Below are positions 12,570-25,009 of a stretch of DNA of 64,000 nt, piece by piece; within the stretch, counting starts at the first letter, position 1, and every line of letters begins with the position of its first letter. The position numbers and the translations under genes were made by a program. The notes beneath the pieces are model-generated. The model ran no database searches. It had not been told where the DNA came from and worked only from the letters and a program-made list of their open reading frames with translations. Source of the DNA: Mobula hypostoma (lineage: Eukaryota); contig NC_086108.1 in the NCBI RefSeq assembly GCF_963921235.1, positions 35,280,001 through 35,344,000 on the forward strand. Reading direction: 5' to 3'.

Positions 12570-12800
12570 ACTATCATCCAGTACCATTAACATCAACTAT
12601 TATGAAATGATTTGAACAGCTGGTCATGGAGCACATTAAAGCCTTTCTCCTGGCTACAATGGACCTTTTCTAGTTCACTAATCACTCAAAAAGATCCACT
12701 GATGACACAGCAGCCTCTGCCCTCTACTCTGTCCTGTTCCACCCGGAAAATGGGGTCTCATATGCCAGACTGCTGTTATTAGACTTCAGTTCGGCATTCA
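12570..12800 (+). mobile_element. Rex1/Babar RT fragment
   Basis: Translates to PVPLTSTIMK*FEQLV...LLLDFSSAF. It is preceded by a Rex-type 3'UTR tail at ~12400-12560. Confidence 0.7.
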
Positions 12801-13685
12801 GTTACAAAGGGCCTTATCAACATATTAGGCTTATTGTATTTCTGGAGTTGCATCTACACCTGCACTCTGGCAGAAAGCTATAGACTAGGTGCTGCAAGGC
12901 TGCCCATGCACTTGGTGGTTACCTGGATGTTATCATTGTTACTGGTAATGATGACAAGAAACACCTCCAAAACCTCTGTACAGTGTTAAAAAGATTAGAA
13001 GTTTCTGGGCTCAGACGTAACAGATGTGTATTCTTCAAACCACGTTTCAGTTACTGTGGTCACACAATTCACGCACAAGCATTACACAAATGTGCTGAGA
13101 AATTTCAGGTTGACGTGGATGCCCCAGGGCCAAGGGACATATCATAGCTGTGATCCTCTTTAAGGATTTGTCAGTTACTATAACAGGTTCCTGCTCAACC
13201 TGGCTACTGTGCTCCACTCCTTGAACACATTGCTAAAGTTTGGGAAGAAATGGCAATGGGCAAAGCAGTGTGAGGTGGCTTTCCAAGAGACAAAGAAATG
13301 GTGACGTCAGACACTGTATTCCAACAGTATGATCCAGATTGTCCAGAGAAGCTTGCCTACGATGCCTCGCCTTATGGTGTAGGTGACGTCATGTCACATG
13401 TTATGAGTGATGGAAGTGAACACCCCAAAGCCTTTGCATCACATTCCCTTACCACTGCAGAGAAAAATTACGCACAAAAAAGATAAGAGAGGGCTTGAGT
13501 CTGGTTTGAGGTATAAAACATTTCAACCAGTACTTGAGAGTTTACCCTCATTGCTGATCATCAACCACTAGTGTCCATTTTCATTCCACAGAAGGATGTT
13601 CCACTAACAATAGCAGCACAAATACAGAGATGAGCTCTGTTTCTTGGAGGACACAATTACAAGATTGAATTCAAAAGCATGACTA
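12800..13685 (+). mobile_element. Gypsy 'A' pol remnant (RT-RNase H), degenerate
   Basis: GVASTPALWQK, YLDVIIVTG..HLQNL..VLKRL, LAYDASPYGVG, AFASHSLTTAEKNYAQ, ADHQPLV. Confidence 0.85.
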
Positions 13686-16600
13686 TGTTACGACACACAC
13701 CCAACCACGCCAGCTTCTGGGATTTAGATGTTCTAACTCTCCGGAGTATGGGTAGGTGGCACGGCACTTTAAAGATTCCGGCTGCCCTGCTAACTGGCAG
13801 CCATGTTTTGGCACCAGGATTTAATATTTAAAGACCACCTGAACTGAGGTTCACTGCTCAGTTGTCAGCTCAGTTTTGGATTCTTGTCTAGCGTCTAGTT
13901 TAGAACTCTGTCTTCATTTCGGTCCTGTATCATGCTAATCTCGGTACACCAGCATGTGGGGCCTAACCATCCTTGTCTACGCCTGTCATCACAGTATGAT
14001 TGAGCCAACATGGACGCCGCAGGGCATTGGAGTCATTTGTCAGCTGTGGCCAGCCACAGTAAAAAAATTTCAAGTTAGAGCCTGGAGATTCACTACATCA
14101 AGGCTGCCATTGGCCAACTATTGCAAGGAGGAAGTCAGCGTTGCTCGGGTGAAGACGTTGGTTGCTCTGCAGAGCCTGTCCATCTTCTGACCCCGCAGAG
14201 ATTCGGCAGTGACCTGGGCTCTTGCCGTGGCTTCCTTATTCATTATTGATTGGTGTTTGGACTCCAGCCAGCCCGGAGTGCAAAGAGGTGGCCTTCACGA
14301 TCTCTCTCCCGACTGGGAAAGCGCTGGCTTGGGCCGCCGCACATTGGGAGCGAAGGTCAGAGATTTGCTCAGATTCGGAGGAATTCATGGCCGCCATAAA
14401 GAGGATGTTCCATCATCCCATCAGAGCAAACAGAGCACCGGACTGTCTGATGAAGGCGTGTCAGTCGGGGCACTCGGTCAGCAGCCAACTGCGCGACTGA
14501 ATTTTGGACTTTGGCCCAAGAGAGTGGCTGGAACGGAAAGGCCTTGGTCACTCTGTACCACAGATTCTGCGGTGAATTAAAAGATGCCTTTGCCTCGGGG
14601 GAGCCAGTAGAGAACTTAGATGCTCAGGTTGATCAGTCCATCCACCTTAACAATCACCTGGCGGAGCGAGAGTGGGACTACCTCAAGAGGTGGAAGAGGG
14701 CTAGCCTGAGCCCGGCCTCAATGCATCATAGTTCCATGCCCTGACCTTGGACAATAACCAGCCCGTCTCCTGCTCAGGATCCTGTCTAACCCATGCAAAA
14801 TGGCTGCATAAGGATCTCCGCTGATGAGAGTTTCTGGCATCGGAGTCGAGGTTGCTGCTATTACTGTGGGGAAGCAGGTCACTTGCTGGCCGGTTGTCTG
14901 AAGCTGCAGCCGTCGGGAGAAATATTCGGACCGTTCGATGTTGGGAGGATTGTGACGGTAGCAGCCATTACACCCAACCTCATGGATTTAGGTGTCACAC
15001 TGAGGGCGGACATCTCCTGTAGTAAGAACCAATAAGAAGTGAATGCTTTTTGTACTCTGGGGCAGCTTGAAATTTGCCTGACTTGGGGACAGCCTGTCGA
15101 CTCAGCATACCGCTGCAGAAGGTGAACCAGTCCATGTCCGCAATTGTCTTGGATGGCTGTCCGCTTCTTCGGGCAGATCCGGCAGCAGACATTGGTCTTG
15201 TGGATGAGGATGGAGGATCATGTGGAGAACATTGGTTTCTAGATCATTGAGTCTCCTCACATACCCCAGATCCTTGGGCACCCTTGGGTGTCCCAGTGTA
15301 ACCCCTCCGTGAACTGGAAGGAAGGGAGGATCATTGAATGGTCCAGTTGTTGCAAGAAGGCATGCTTTCAGTTTGGTGTTCCGGCCCCAGACTCTCCCAA
15401 GACCATTTGCTCTCTGTTTGGGGTAACTTGAAGCCTTCAGGAAACCAGTCCTACCTTCAAGGGGAGACATACCGGCTCCAGCCAACAGGCTTGTGCAAGT
15501 CCCGACCCTATCCAGTCAGGGGTGCACTGGAACTAGAGAGAGAGAGAGAGGATCTCCAGTTCAGGAGCAAGCCAAGGAGATGCCCAAGCAGTCTGGAGCT
15601 CTAGCAGCTAAGCCAAAGGGCTCCAGTTACCAGGTCTCATCTAAGGGGAAGGCTCCAAAATGGAGACCCTTGGAGCCTAGTCCCAGGAGCACAAGAACCA
15701 TTTGTCATGCCTTGCTGCCAATGTCTGAGGATACGGACGAGGATTTGGACTTCGATTTGGCCTCCGTTTTCACTAAAAACTCTTGTGAACCTACGAAGGA
15801 GACTCCAAGATCTGCGGAATCACCACCACTACCTAAGGGGCTTCAGGAGTCGTCCTTGGAGGAGGGTTCAGGGGTAATTGTAGCTTCCAAGCCAGTAGGA
15901 ATCCCTTCTGTCAACAATGATTTGGAAGAGGTCTTCAGCAAGTGACAGGCCCCGACTGTTCCACCCCACCAACCTTACGACTGTGTAATAGATCTGTTGC
16001 CTGATACTCGTCTTCTGTTGGGTCGATTATAAATGTTCGCAGGTCCAGAGGGAAGCTGCATGGAGGCGTATATAAAGGAGGCTCTTGCCTCATTCGGCTC
16101 TCCACCTCTCCAGCCGGTATTTGCTTCTTCTTTGTACAGGAAAAGGACTGTGGCGTGCATTGTTTATAGAGGGCTGAACTGCATAACGGTCAAGAATCAT
16201 TATCCTCTTCCACTCATGAACACTGCCTTCGAGATTCTCCAAGAGGCACGGGTATTCTTGAAGCTAGACTTGCAGACCGTGTACAACCTGCTTCGCATAA
16301 ATGAGGGTGATGAGTAGAAGATGGCATTCAAAACATTGACAGAGCACTATGAATACCTGGTCATGCCCTTCAACCTTGTGACCACGCCAGCAGTTTTACA
16401 AGCCTGTATAAACAGTGTGCTCCGGGATGCTCTCCATAAGTATGCCTTCATCTACTTGAACAACGTCTTAATTTTCTCGAAGTCCATGAAGGAGCACACT
16501 GCTCACGTTAGAGATATCCTAAAGAAGATTCTTGATCATGGACTTTATGTCAAATTGGAGAAGTCCAAATTTCACCTAACTGCCACTTCATTTTTGGGTT

Positions 16601-17855
16601 TCATCATCTCTAATGGCAACGTCAAGATGGATCTTAGTAAGGCTCAGGCAGTCAGAGATTGGCCATGATCATCCAATGTGAAACAAGTCCAACAATTCCT
16701 GGGATTTGCCAACTTTTACTGCAAGTTCATCAGAAAGCAGCTCAGTGGCGGAATCTGCTGACAGCACTAACCAAGAGATCTACGGGCCCTTTTGTTTGGA
16801 CTACTGAAGCAGAGGCTGCCTTTACAGAGCTCAAGCAGCAGTTCACGACAGCTCCCATTTCGGTTGCACCTAACCTGGACCTTCCCTTCATTGTGGAAGT
16901 GGGTGTCTCGGACATCGGAGTGGGTGCAGTGTTGTTCATGAATCGCAAAAAGTTGGCTTGCAAGTACAGCAGGTTATTAAGAAGGCAAAAGGAATGTTGG
17001 CCTTTTTTGCTAGAAGGATTGAATTCAAGATCAGGGAGGTCATGGTGCAAACATACAGGGTACTGGTGAGGCCGCACCTGGAGTACTGTTTGCAGTTCTG
17101 GTCTCCATACTTGAGGAATGATATTCCTCTTGGCTTTGGAGGCAGTGCAGAGCTGGTTCACCAGGTTGATTCCAGGGATGAAGGGGTTAACCTATGAAGA
17201 GAGATTGAATTGCTTGGGACTATACTCTCTGGAATTCAGAAGAATGAGAGGGGATCTTATAGAAACATACAAAATTTTGAAAGGGATAGATAAGATAGAA
17301 GTAGGAAAGTTGTTTCCATTGGTAGGTGAGACTAGAACTAGGGGACATTGCCTCAAGATTCAGGGAAGAAGAGGAGAAACTTTTTCCCAGAGAGTGGTGA
17401 ATCTGTGGAATTCTCTGCCCAGGGAAACAGTTGAGACTTCCTCACTAACTATATTTAAGAAACAGTTAGATAGGTTTTTACATAGTAAGGGAATTAAGGG
17501 TTATGGGGAAAAGTCAGGTAGATGGAGCTGAGGTTACGGCCAGATCAGCCATGATGTTATTGAATGGTGGGGTAGGCTTGATGGGCCAGATGGCCTACTC
17601 ATGCTCTTATTTCTTATGGTCTTATGTTCTTATGTGTCAACGGACATCTTCAGACAATAAACTGCACCATGTGTGTTCTTCTCCAGGTGGCTATCCCCGG
17701 CAGAGGTGAACTACGACATCAGAAATAAAGAGCTACTCGCGATCAAGTTGGCTCTGGAGGAATGGCGTCACTAGTTTGAGGGGCCAAGAACCCTTTTACC
17801 TTATGGACATTCCACAAGAACCTGGCTTTTATTCAGGAGGCCAAGAGATTGAACA
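13686..17855 (+). mobile_element. Gypsy 'B' (Ty3/sushi-like, PEG10/RTL-type gag): 5' LTR 13686-13993, gag, protease, RT, RNase H; decayed and 3'-truncated
   Basis: TGTTAC...ATCACA LTR. Gag reads VAFTISLPTGKALAWA, ESGWN..AL, CYYCGEAGHLLAGC. RT reads YRGLNCITVKNHYPLP and YLNN (from YLDD). RNase H reads SDIGVGAVL and [21 protein letters not shown]. Confidence 0.9.
16935..17634 (+). mobile_element. CR1 LINE 3' end nested in the Gypsy B RNase H
   Basis: LVRPHLEYCLQFWSP, RRMRGDLIETYK, FSQRVVNLWNSLP; (CTTATGTT)n-like tail. Confidence 0.92.
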
Positions 17856-18914
17856 GGACAACTTAATATTTGCTACAGTAGAAGCAAAAAGCAGGGATGA
17901 ATGTTGTATATTTAATATTTCAGTAATATTTGAATAATGTAGTATTGTAAATTGAGGGGCGGAGCAAAGTGATGATGGCACTAAACGGTGACTCCTTTGT
18001 TTGCATCTTCAGAAACAGCTCTACTTCCATCTTTAATATCTCTATTTTTCCCGTTCAGGGTTCTTTTGAAGACCTGACATGGAGTTACACACAGGCTTTG
18101 GTTCTTTGCGGGAATGGGGCCCGCTCTCGGGGTTTCATAACTGGCCATTGTTTGGCACACCAAGGGCTCGGCCTAAGATTTCAGCTCACCTTTGGAGGCC
18201 TAGGATCTCAGGGCTCTGGAATCGGGCAGCTCGAAGGTCCGGTGTCCCGGACTGGTGTGTTGTGAGAGCTGGAAGATCTTTGGCTGTGTGCCTAGAGACC
18301 CGAGATCTTCGGGCTCAGAGCTCGGAAAAAGCGATGCAATGGACTTTTAACATAGTAAACCGGCGAGTTGTTTGTTATATTCCCCCTCTCGCTGTGAAAA
18401 CAGAGACACCTCTTTCGAATACTGGGTGAACAAGTAGTCTTTGGGGTAACTGCGAGTCTGTGTCTTTGCTGTTGCTTTGTTCCCGCTTAAGTGCTGGGTG
18501 GCAGGTGCTGATGCTTTTTTTTGCCAGTGGGGGAAGGTGGGATTGTTGCTTGCTGCCGCTTACATGCGGGAGGGAGGGGAGTTGTGGGGGGGGGGACTTT
18601 GGGGTTCTAACATTTAACTGTCATTCATTCTTTGGGGCATTCCTCTGTTTTCGTGGATGGTTGTGAAGAAAAAGCATTTCAGGATGTATTTTGTATACAT
18701 TTCTCTGACATTAACTTTACCTTTGAATCCTTTGAAATATATTGTTTGATTAAGCATTCTCTGCTTGTTTAACTAATCCATTATGGATTATATGTAAGAG
18801 TCATTATGCCACCACATCATAAGGGCGCACCTTGCTAAAGTGAAAACAGAGATATTCCCAGCTCTGGGTTTTTATTTCAATTAATTTTATCTTTCGTAGT
18901 TACAAAACCAAACA
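17856..18914 (+). mobile_element. Gypsy 3' end: polypurine tract and 3' LTR (17902-18914), split by an insertion at 17954-18735
   Basis: Purine-rich AGAAGCAAAAAGCAGGGATGAA directly precedes TGTTG, and the LTR ends AAACA. The AT-rich LTR sequence reads continuously across the insertion. Confidence 0.65.
17954..18735 (+). mobile_element. ~780-bp non-coding, non-autonomous retroelement with a (CCTTTGAA)n tail
   Basis: Interrupts an LTR. It has a GC-rich start (gcggagcaaagtgatgatggca) and a short tandem tail. Its 3' half is similar to 51585-52100 on minus. Confidence 0.65.
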
Positions 18915-20065
18915 GTCAACATCAGATGCCATTTCATTGGCTCTTCACTTAACCCTGGAACATCTGGACAGTGAAGATGCATACATCAGGATGCTCTTCA
19001 TTAAATACTGCTCAGTATTTAATACCATCATCCTCTCAAAACTAATCAATAAGCTTTAATACCTCCTTGTGCAACTGGATGCTTGACTTCCTCACTTGCA
19101 GACCCCAGTCAGTTTGGATTGACAACAACATCTCCTCTACAATCTGCATTAGCACAGGTGCACCGCAAGGCTGTGTGCTTAGCTCCCTGCTCTACTTGCT
19201 TTACACTTATGACTGTGAGGCTCAGCACAGCTCCACTGCCATATTTAACTTTGCAGATGACACAATTGTCATTGGCTGAATCAAAGCTGGTGATGAATCA
19301 GCACCTTGAGTTCAAGAGCCGTGAGGTAATGTTACGGCTATACAAGACCTTACTTGGAGGACAGTGTTCAGTTCTGGTCACCTTATTACAAGAAGGATGT
19401 GGATACTATAGAGAGAGTGCAGAGGAGATTTACAAGGATGTTACCTGGATTGGAGAGCATGCCTTATGAGTATACATTGAGTGAACTTGGCCTTTTCTCC
19501 TTGGAGCAACAGAGGATGTGAGGTGACCTGATAGAGGTATAAAAGATAATGAGAGGCATTGATTGTGTGGATAGTCAGAGGCTTTTCCCCAGGGCTGAAA
19601 TGGCTAACACAAGGGGGCATAGTTTTAAGGTGCTTGGAAGTAGGTACAAGGGGGATGTCAGAGGTAAGTTTTTCACACAGAGAGTGGTGGGTGCGTGGAA
19701 TACACTGCTAGCAAAGGTGGTGGAGGCAGATCCAATAGGGTACATGGAACTTAGAAAAATAGAGGGCTATGCGATAGGGAAATGCTAGGCAGCTTCTAGA
19801 GTAGGTTATGTGGTCCGCACAACATTGTGGGCTGAAGGGCCTGTAATGTGCTGTAGATTTCTATGTTTCTATATAACGTAGGAAGGAGATTGAAAACCTG
19901 GCTGAGTGGAGCAACAACAAGAACCTCTCATTCAATGTCAGCAAGACAAAGGAGCTGATTATTGACTTCAAGAGGAAGAAAGTAGAGGTCCATGAGCCAG
20001 TCCTCATTGGGGAATCAGAGGTGGAGAGGTTCTGCAATTTTAAATTCCTCTGTGTTATCATTTCA
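18915..20065 (+). mobile_element. Rex1/Babar RT fragment interrupted by CR1 (19305-19870)
   Basis: [29 protein letters not shown]; resumes with EIENLAEW..NNLSFNVSKTKELIIDF. Confidence 0.85.
19305..19870 (+). mobile_element. CR1 LINE 3' end
   Basis: EFKSREVMLRLYKTL, TRGHSFKV, FFTQRVVGAWN; (TTTCTATG)n tail. Confidence 0.9.
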
Positions 20066-21120
20066 CAGTCCATTCTGATCTTCCTATCCTCCATGCCCTT
20101 CTCCTTGGTAAATACTAATGCAAAGTACTCTTTATGACCATAACCATATCCCACACCTCAAGCAGCATATTCCCTCCTTTATCCTTGAGTAGTCCTATCC
20201 ACTCCTTGGTTATCCTTATGCTCCTGATGTATATATAGAATGCGTACCGATTCTCTTTATTCTTAGTTGCTATAGACTTTTTATGGCCCCTTCTGGCTCT
20301 CCTAATCCTCTTTTTGGGTTCTTTTCTGGCTTCTTTATAATCCTCAAGGGCTCTGTTTAGCTTCCTAAACCTTACATATGCTTCCTTTCTCTGCTTGACC
20401 AAATTCACCACCTCTCTCACCATCCAAAGTTCCCTGAACTTGTCCTTCCTTCTGTCTAGAACACATTGTACGTGTCCTGTACTCTGTATACTTGGTCATT
20501 AATCTCCCTGCTCTTGTCAAATGTTGACTTGCCCAAAAACAACTGTTCCCAAACAACTCTCCAAAGTTCTTGCCTAATACACCTGTAATTTGTTATGCTT
20601 CAATTTAATATTCTCCTGCAAGGTCCATCCTCACCCTTCTCTATAGCTATTTTAAAACTTAAAGTTCTGAACACTACTGTCTGTTCTGCTACTGAAAGGT
20701 CAGACACCTCTCCAAGCTCATTAACCATTATCAGGTCCAGTATGGCCCCTTCTCTTGTTGGACTACCTGCATATTGATTTAAGAAACCCTCCCGGATGCA
20801 GTTAAACAAATCCTGCCACATCTAAGCCTCTTGCACTAAGGAAGTCCCAGTCTGTATTAGGGAAGTTGAAGTAAACTTTTCCTATCTGTGCACCTGTCCG
20901 AGTGTCATTTAAATCTTGTCAATGTACAACCATCAACCACTTCACCTGGCAGCTCATTTCTTATACTGACCACTCTCTGGGTGAAAAAGTTGCCCCTTGA
21001 TTTTTTACTAAATCTCTCTCCCGTCACCTTAAACCTATGCCCCCTAGTTCTTCATTCCCCAACACTGGGAAAAAGACTGCATGCTTTTGCATTCCCCCAA
21101 CCACCCACCCTATTTTATAC
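20066..21120 (-). mobile_element. CR1 fragments: endonuclease/linker region (20066-20875) and 3' region (20880-21120)
   Basis: FLNQYAGSPTREGAILDL, KRIRRARRGHKK, EYFALVFTKE; reverse of TRGHRFKV and FFTQRVV. Confidence 0.8.
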
Positions 21121-21479
21121 ATGTTAGTTTTCTAGTCATATCATAAATGTTTAGAATTCCATTCACCCAGTACTATTTAACTAATCCCCATGACTGCTAA
21201 CAGAAATACACTGTAAGTCTTGGATAATCTCTATTTTATAACTGAGAAGGAGTTAATATCATTGCAGATGAGGAGAAGAGGGAAAAAGTGAGAGATAAAA
21301 AAATAAACATTCTAAATGACAAATTAAAAGTATTTCTAGTCAGCCTCCATTGATTATGTCACTAGCATAGATATTTTTTACTATCACGTAACAAATCAAC
21401 ACTGAAAATTGGAAAGTGTTCATTATTTTGACATGTTGAATAGATCTGGCAGAGGCACAGCAGACCATCTCTTTTCTCC

Positions 21480-22010
21480 ATTCATTTTATGGTGAGGGGC
21501 CATCAGAGGCAGGACCAGCAATTGACTTCTCCAGTTGCCCCTGAGAAGGAAGCTGTGAGCCACCTTATTGAATCCCAGCAAATCCTGAGGTGTAATCTCC
21601 CACGCTGCTATTCGGATCACCTGGCAGCCCCCAGTCCCAGTGAGAGTTCCAGCTCAGCTTGGTCACCTCCTGGAGGTGACCACCCTTTGGGTGATATAAC
21701 CAATTACACAGTGACACATTCCACCCCCCCCCGCCCAAGCGATAGAGAGTGAGTGTTGAAGAAGTCTGGCTGCATTCCTGTAGTGTGCTTTTTAGATGGA
21801 TCACTGTGCCCTCTGACGGAAGATGCCGTTGAATGTGCTATCTATCAATCAGGCTGCAGTGTTCCAGCTAAACAAAGCCTCTCTAGTGTAGTTGGGTCCC
21901 CATCCTCTGATTTTAACGCTGCTCAGGGCTTCAGTGGTACACCTATCCATCTGATGGGGAATAGTTCAGGTTCCTCTAATCCTACCAGTCAACCCAGAAC
22001 GACCATTGCT
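21480..22010 (-). mobile_element. Very old L2/CR1-group LINE 3' end relic
   Basis: ttgcccctgagaaggaagctgtgagccacctt and caatcaggctgc resemble the reverse strand of an L2/Crack-like 3' end, from recall. No intact ORF. Confidence 0.45.
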
Positions 22011-22216
22011 TGAGGTGAGGAAATGTAATGGAAATCACCTTTCACATCTTACCTTCTCCAAGTTCTGAACAGTTCACCTGGATTCCTTTCCCCAATCCCT
22101 AAGCTTTCTCTTTGTCTGTGAGTAACATTCTCTCCCGCAATGGCATTCTTCCACATCTGGTATCTAAATTGGTAAACTGGTGTATTATTGTCACATTTTT
22201 TTTTATTATTTAGAGA

Positions 22217-22460
22217 TACAGCACAGTAACAGGATCTTCTGGCTCAAAGAACACTCATCTCCTAATTACACCCATATGACCAATTAACTTCACTACCCTA
22301 ACCTCCTTGGAATGTGGGAGGAAACTGGAGCACCTGGAGGAAACCCTCCTGGTTTTGGGGAGAACATACAGTACGTAGTTCTTTCAGACAACAGTGGAAT
22401 TGAGTGTAGGTCATTGAAGCATTAATTGCATTACGCTAAGAGCTATGCTACTGTGCTCCC
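22217..22460 (-). mobile_element. HE1-like V-SINE
   Basis: tgtgggaggaaactggagcacctggaggaaaccc is the reverse V-domain; tRNA-like head at the right end. Confidence 0.75.
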
Positions 22461-22499
22461 TCCTAATGAAAATCTTTGCTTCGCATGCCATGCATAAGG

Positions 22500-23065
22500 A
22501 TCGTTTCATCACACCGCACTTGGAGTACTGTGCTCAGTTCTGGTTGCCTCACTATAGGAAGGATGTGGAAACCATAAAAAGGGTGCGGGGGAGATTTACA
22601 AGGATGTTGCCTGGATTGGGGAGCATGCCTTATGAAAACAGGTTGAGTGAACTCGGTCTTTTCTCCTTGGAGTGACGGAGGATGAGAGGTGATCTGATAG
22701 AGGTGTATAAAATGATGACAGGTATTGATCGTGTGGATAGTCAGAGGCTTTTTCCCAAGGCTGAATTGGCTGCCACAAGAGGGCACAGGTTTAAGGTGCT
22801 GGGGAGTAGGTACAGAGGAGATGTCAGGGTAAGTTTTTTATGCAGAGAGTGGTGAGTGCGTGGAGTGGGCTGCCAGCAACGGTGGTGGAGGCGGATACAA
22901 TAGGGTCTTTTAAGAGATTTTTGGATAGGTACATGGAGCTTAGAAAAATAGAGGGCTATGGGTAAGCCTAGTAATTTCTAAGGTAGGGACATGTTCAGCA
23001 CAACTTTGTGGGCCGAAGGGCCTGTATTGTGCTGTAGGTTTTCTATGTTCCTATGTTTCTATGTT
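22500..23065 (+). mobile_element. Young CR1 LINE 3' end
   Basis: PHLEYCAQFWLPHYRKDV, YENRLSELGLFSLE; (TTTCTATG)n tail. Highly similar to 19305-19870. Confidence 0.92.
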
Positions 23066-23079
23066 TCTGTTTCTCCATC

Positions 23080-23380
23080 AGTATGTTGAAGTTGTATAAT
23101 GGAAAGGCAATAACAGAATGCAGAATAAAGTGTTACAGAGAAAGTGCAGTGCACATAGACAATAATGTGCAAGGCCATGATAGGGTACATCGTGAGATCA
23201 GGAGTCTATCTTATCATAGTAGGGGGATCTTTCAATAGACTTATAAAGTGGGATCGAAGCAGTTTGAGCCTATTGGTATACGTTTTCAGGCTTTTGTATC
23301 TTCTGCCCAATGGGAGGGGGCAAGAAGAGAGAATGTCTGAGGTGGGTGGGATTTCTCTTTTGACTGTCTGTTTCCCTTGA
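23080..23380 (-). mobile_element. Rex-type LINE 3' end relic
   Basis: PLPLGRRYKSLKTYTNRLK (Rex C-terminus) plus 3'UTR. Confidence 0.7.
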
Positions 23381-25009
23381 GTAGAGTTCATGAATTCATC
23401 ACTTAAGCCCAGCACAATTCCATTTAATACCCATCATGTATTCATCAGTCATCAATGATTAATCTCCTGCAATGCCAGATCAAGTAAAGTCTGGTTTCAC
23501 CCAAACGGTAATTCCAGCTATCTTCTCCAGAATGCAGAAAGAAATTATTCCACTGAGGCAAAGAGGAAAAAGGATATAAGAATGTTTAACTCTGAGAAGC
23601 TGGATGTTGCCTTTAAGAAGTGAATTAACGAGAGTACTAAGAATATTAATCAACCAAAGAAAACAAACATAATTCATCTTAAAAGAATTTATAAATTTTC
23701 TTCAACAAATGCAGGTAAACTAAGGAGCTATGTGGCATTATCCATTTTGAAGGGGACATTAACAGGTTGGATCGTACCTGCTCTGACATCTGTTCATGCT
23801 CATTCTGCATATTTTTTCACAAACCTTTTGATCTAATAGAGTTCATGCTATTAATAATGATGAACTCAGTGATACTGTTCGAAGTGGTTGTTTCCTTCTC
23901 TTCATCAATACTTGCTGTCATTTTGGCAGTGCAGATGATCGCTGCCATTTGTTACCCGTATTAATTCCTTTCAGCATCTTACAGAGTTCAGCATCTTGGG
24001 CCATGGGCCTCATATTTCCATAAATGGGAAATTTTGTTTGGCAATCCCTGTGGAGATATTGTAAGGTTTTCTCTCTAGACACACTGTCAGTGGAGAAAAG
24101 AACCAGTGTGAAAGGGCGAATCGAATATATCTGGCGACAGATACCAAACTGAGGACATTTCTCTTCTGGAATAAAAAATGAATTGAATCCAGCGGGGAGA
24201 GCAGGCTAACAAGACATGTTGAAGCAGGGAGACAAGGTTAGGATTTTGTCAGTTGAGATGAATTGATTATTAAATGGCTTGCTTGCTTTCTCTGAACAGG
24301 AATTCATGTTTTTTGAAAATGCAATCAAATGCTTCCTTTGTCATTTTGGTTCTGGTGCGCGATAGAGAAAAATTATAACTAATATCATTCAAAGAATAAT
24401 GCTAACAATGAAAACTTACTGTATCTTTTAGTATCCCTATACTCACATCAAGGAATTAATATCAACCTGTTACAGCCTCAGCTGGAAGCGAAGGGTGTTT
24501 CTTTTTCCACAATGGGTTTGACTTCACCCTGTGGGACTCAGTCTCCAATGATACTCAGCTGCACATTTTAGAAACAGGCCTCTCGTGTGTCTTCCATGAT
24601 TACTTTAAGTCATTGCTATTAGACTGACAGCATCTGCTTTACACATAATGACTTGGATCCAAATTATTGATGTCTCACAGGCTAGATGCCCTTGAGAAGC
24701 CTTTATGCCTATGCTATAAATCTTGTAACTTGTTGACTGGTTTGTTTTGATTCCACAGACCAACCTCTTCTTGGGGTATTTTTGTTTCAAAAAAAAGTTT
24801 CTTTCTTTGTTCGGTTAATTCAGCTGAAGGAGATCAAGCACTGAAAGTTAACGTATGGTTAACACTGCATCGGGACAGTAAATCTAAAAACATGGTCAAA
24901 CTTAAGTCGGTACAGTAACACAGCTACATCAACAGCTACCTTACAGCCTCAATGAACTGACATCTGCAGACTGCATCTGTGCTGCTAGCTGTAATCATGA
25001 GGCCATACA

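Noticed and set aside
14009..16930. PEG10/RTL1-like domesticated gene
   Set aside because: Many stops and frameshifts, YLDD mutated to YLNN, an LTR present and a CR1 insertion.
23770..24240. Candidate coding exons on either strand
   Set aside because: Splice-like sites are present, but the frames I translated hit stops and resemble no known protein.
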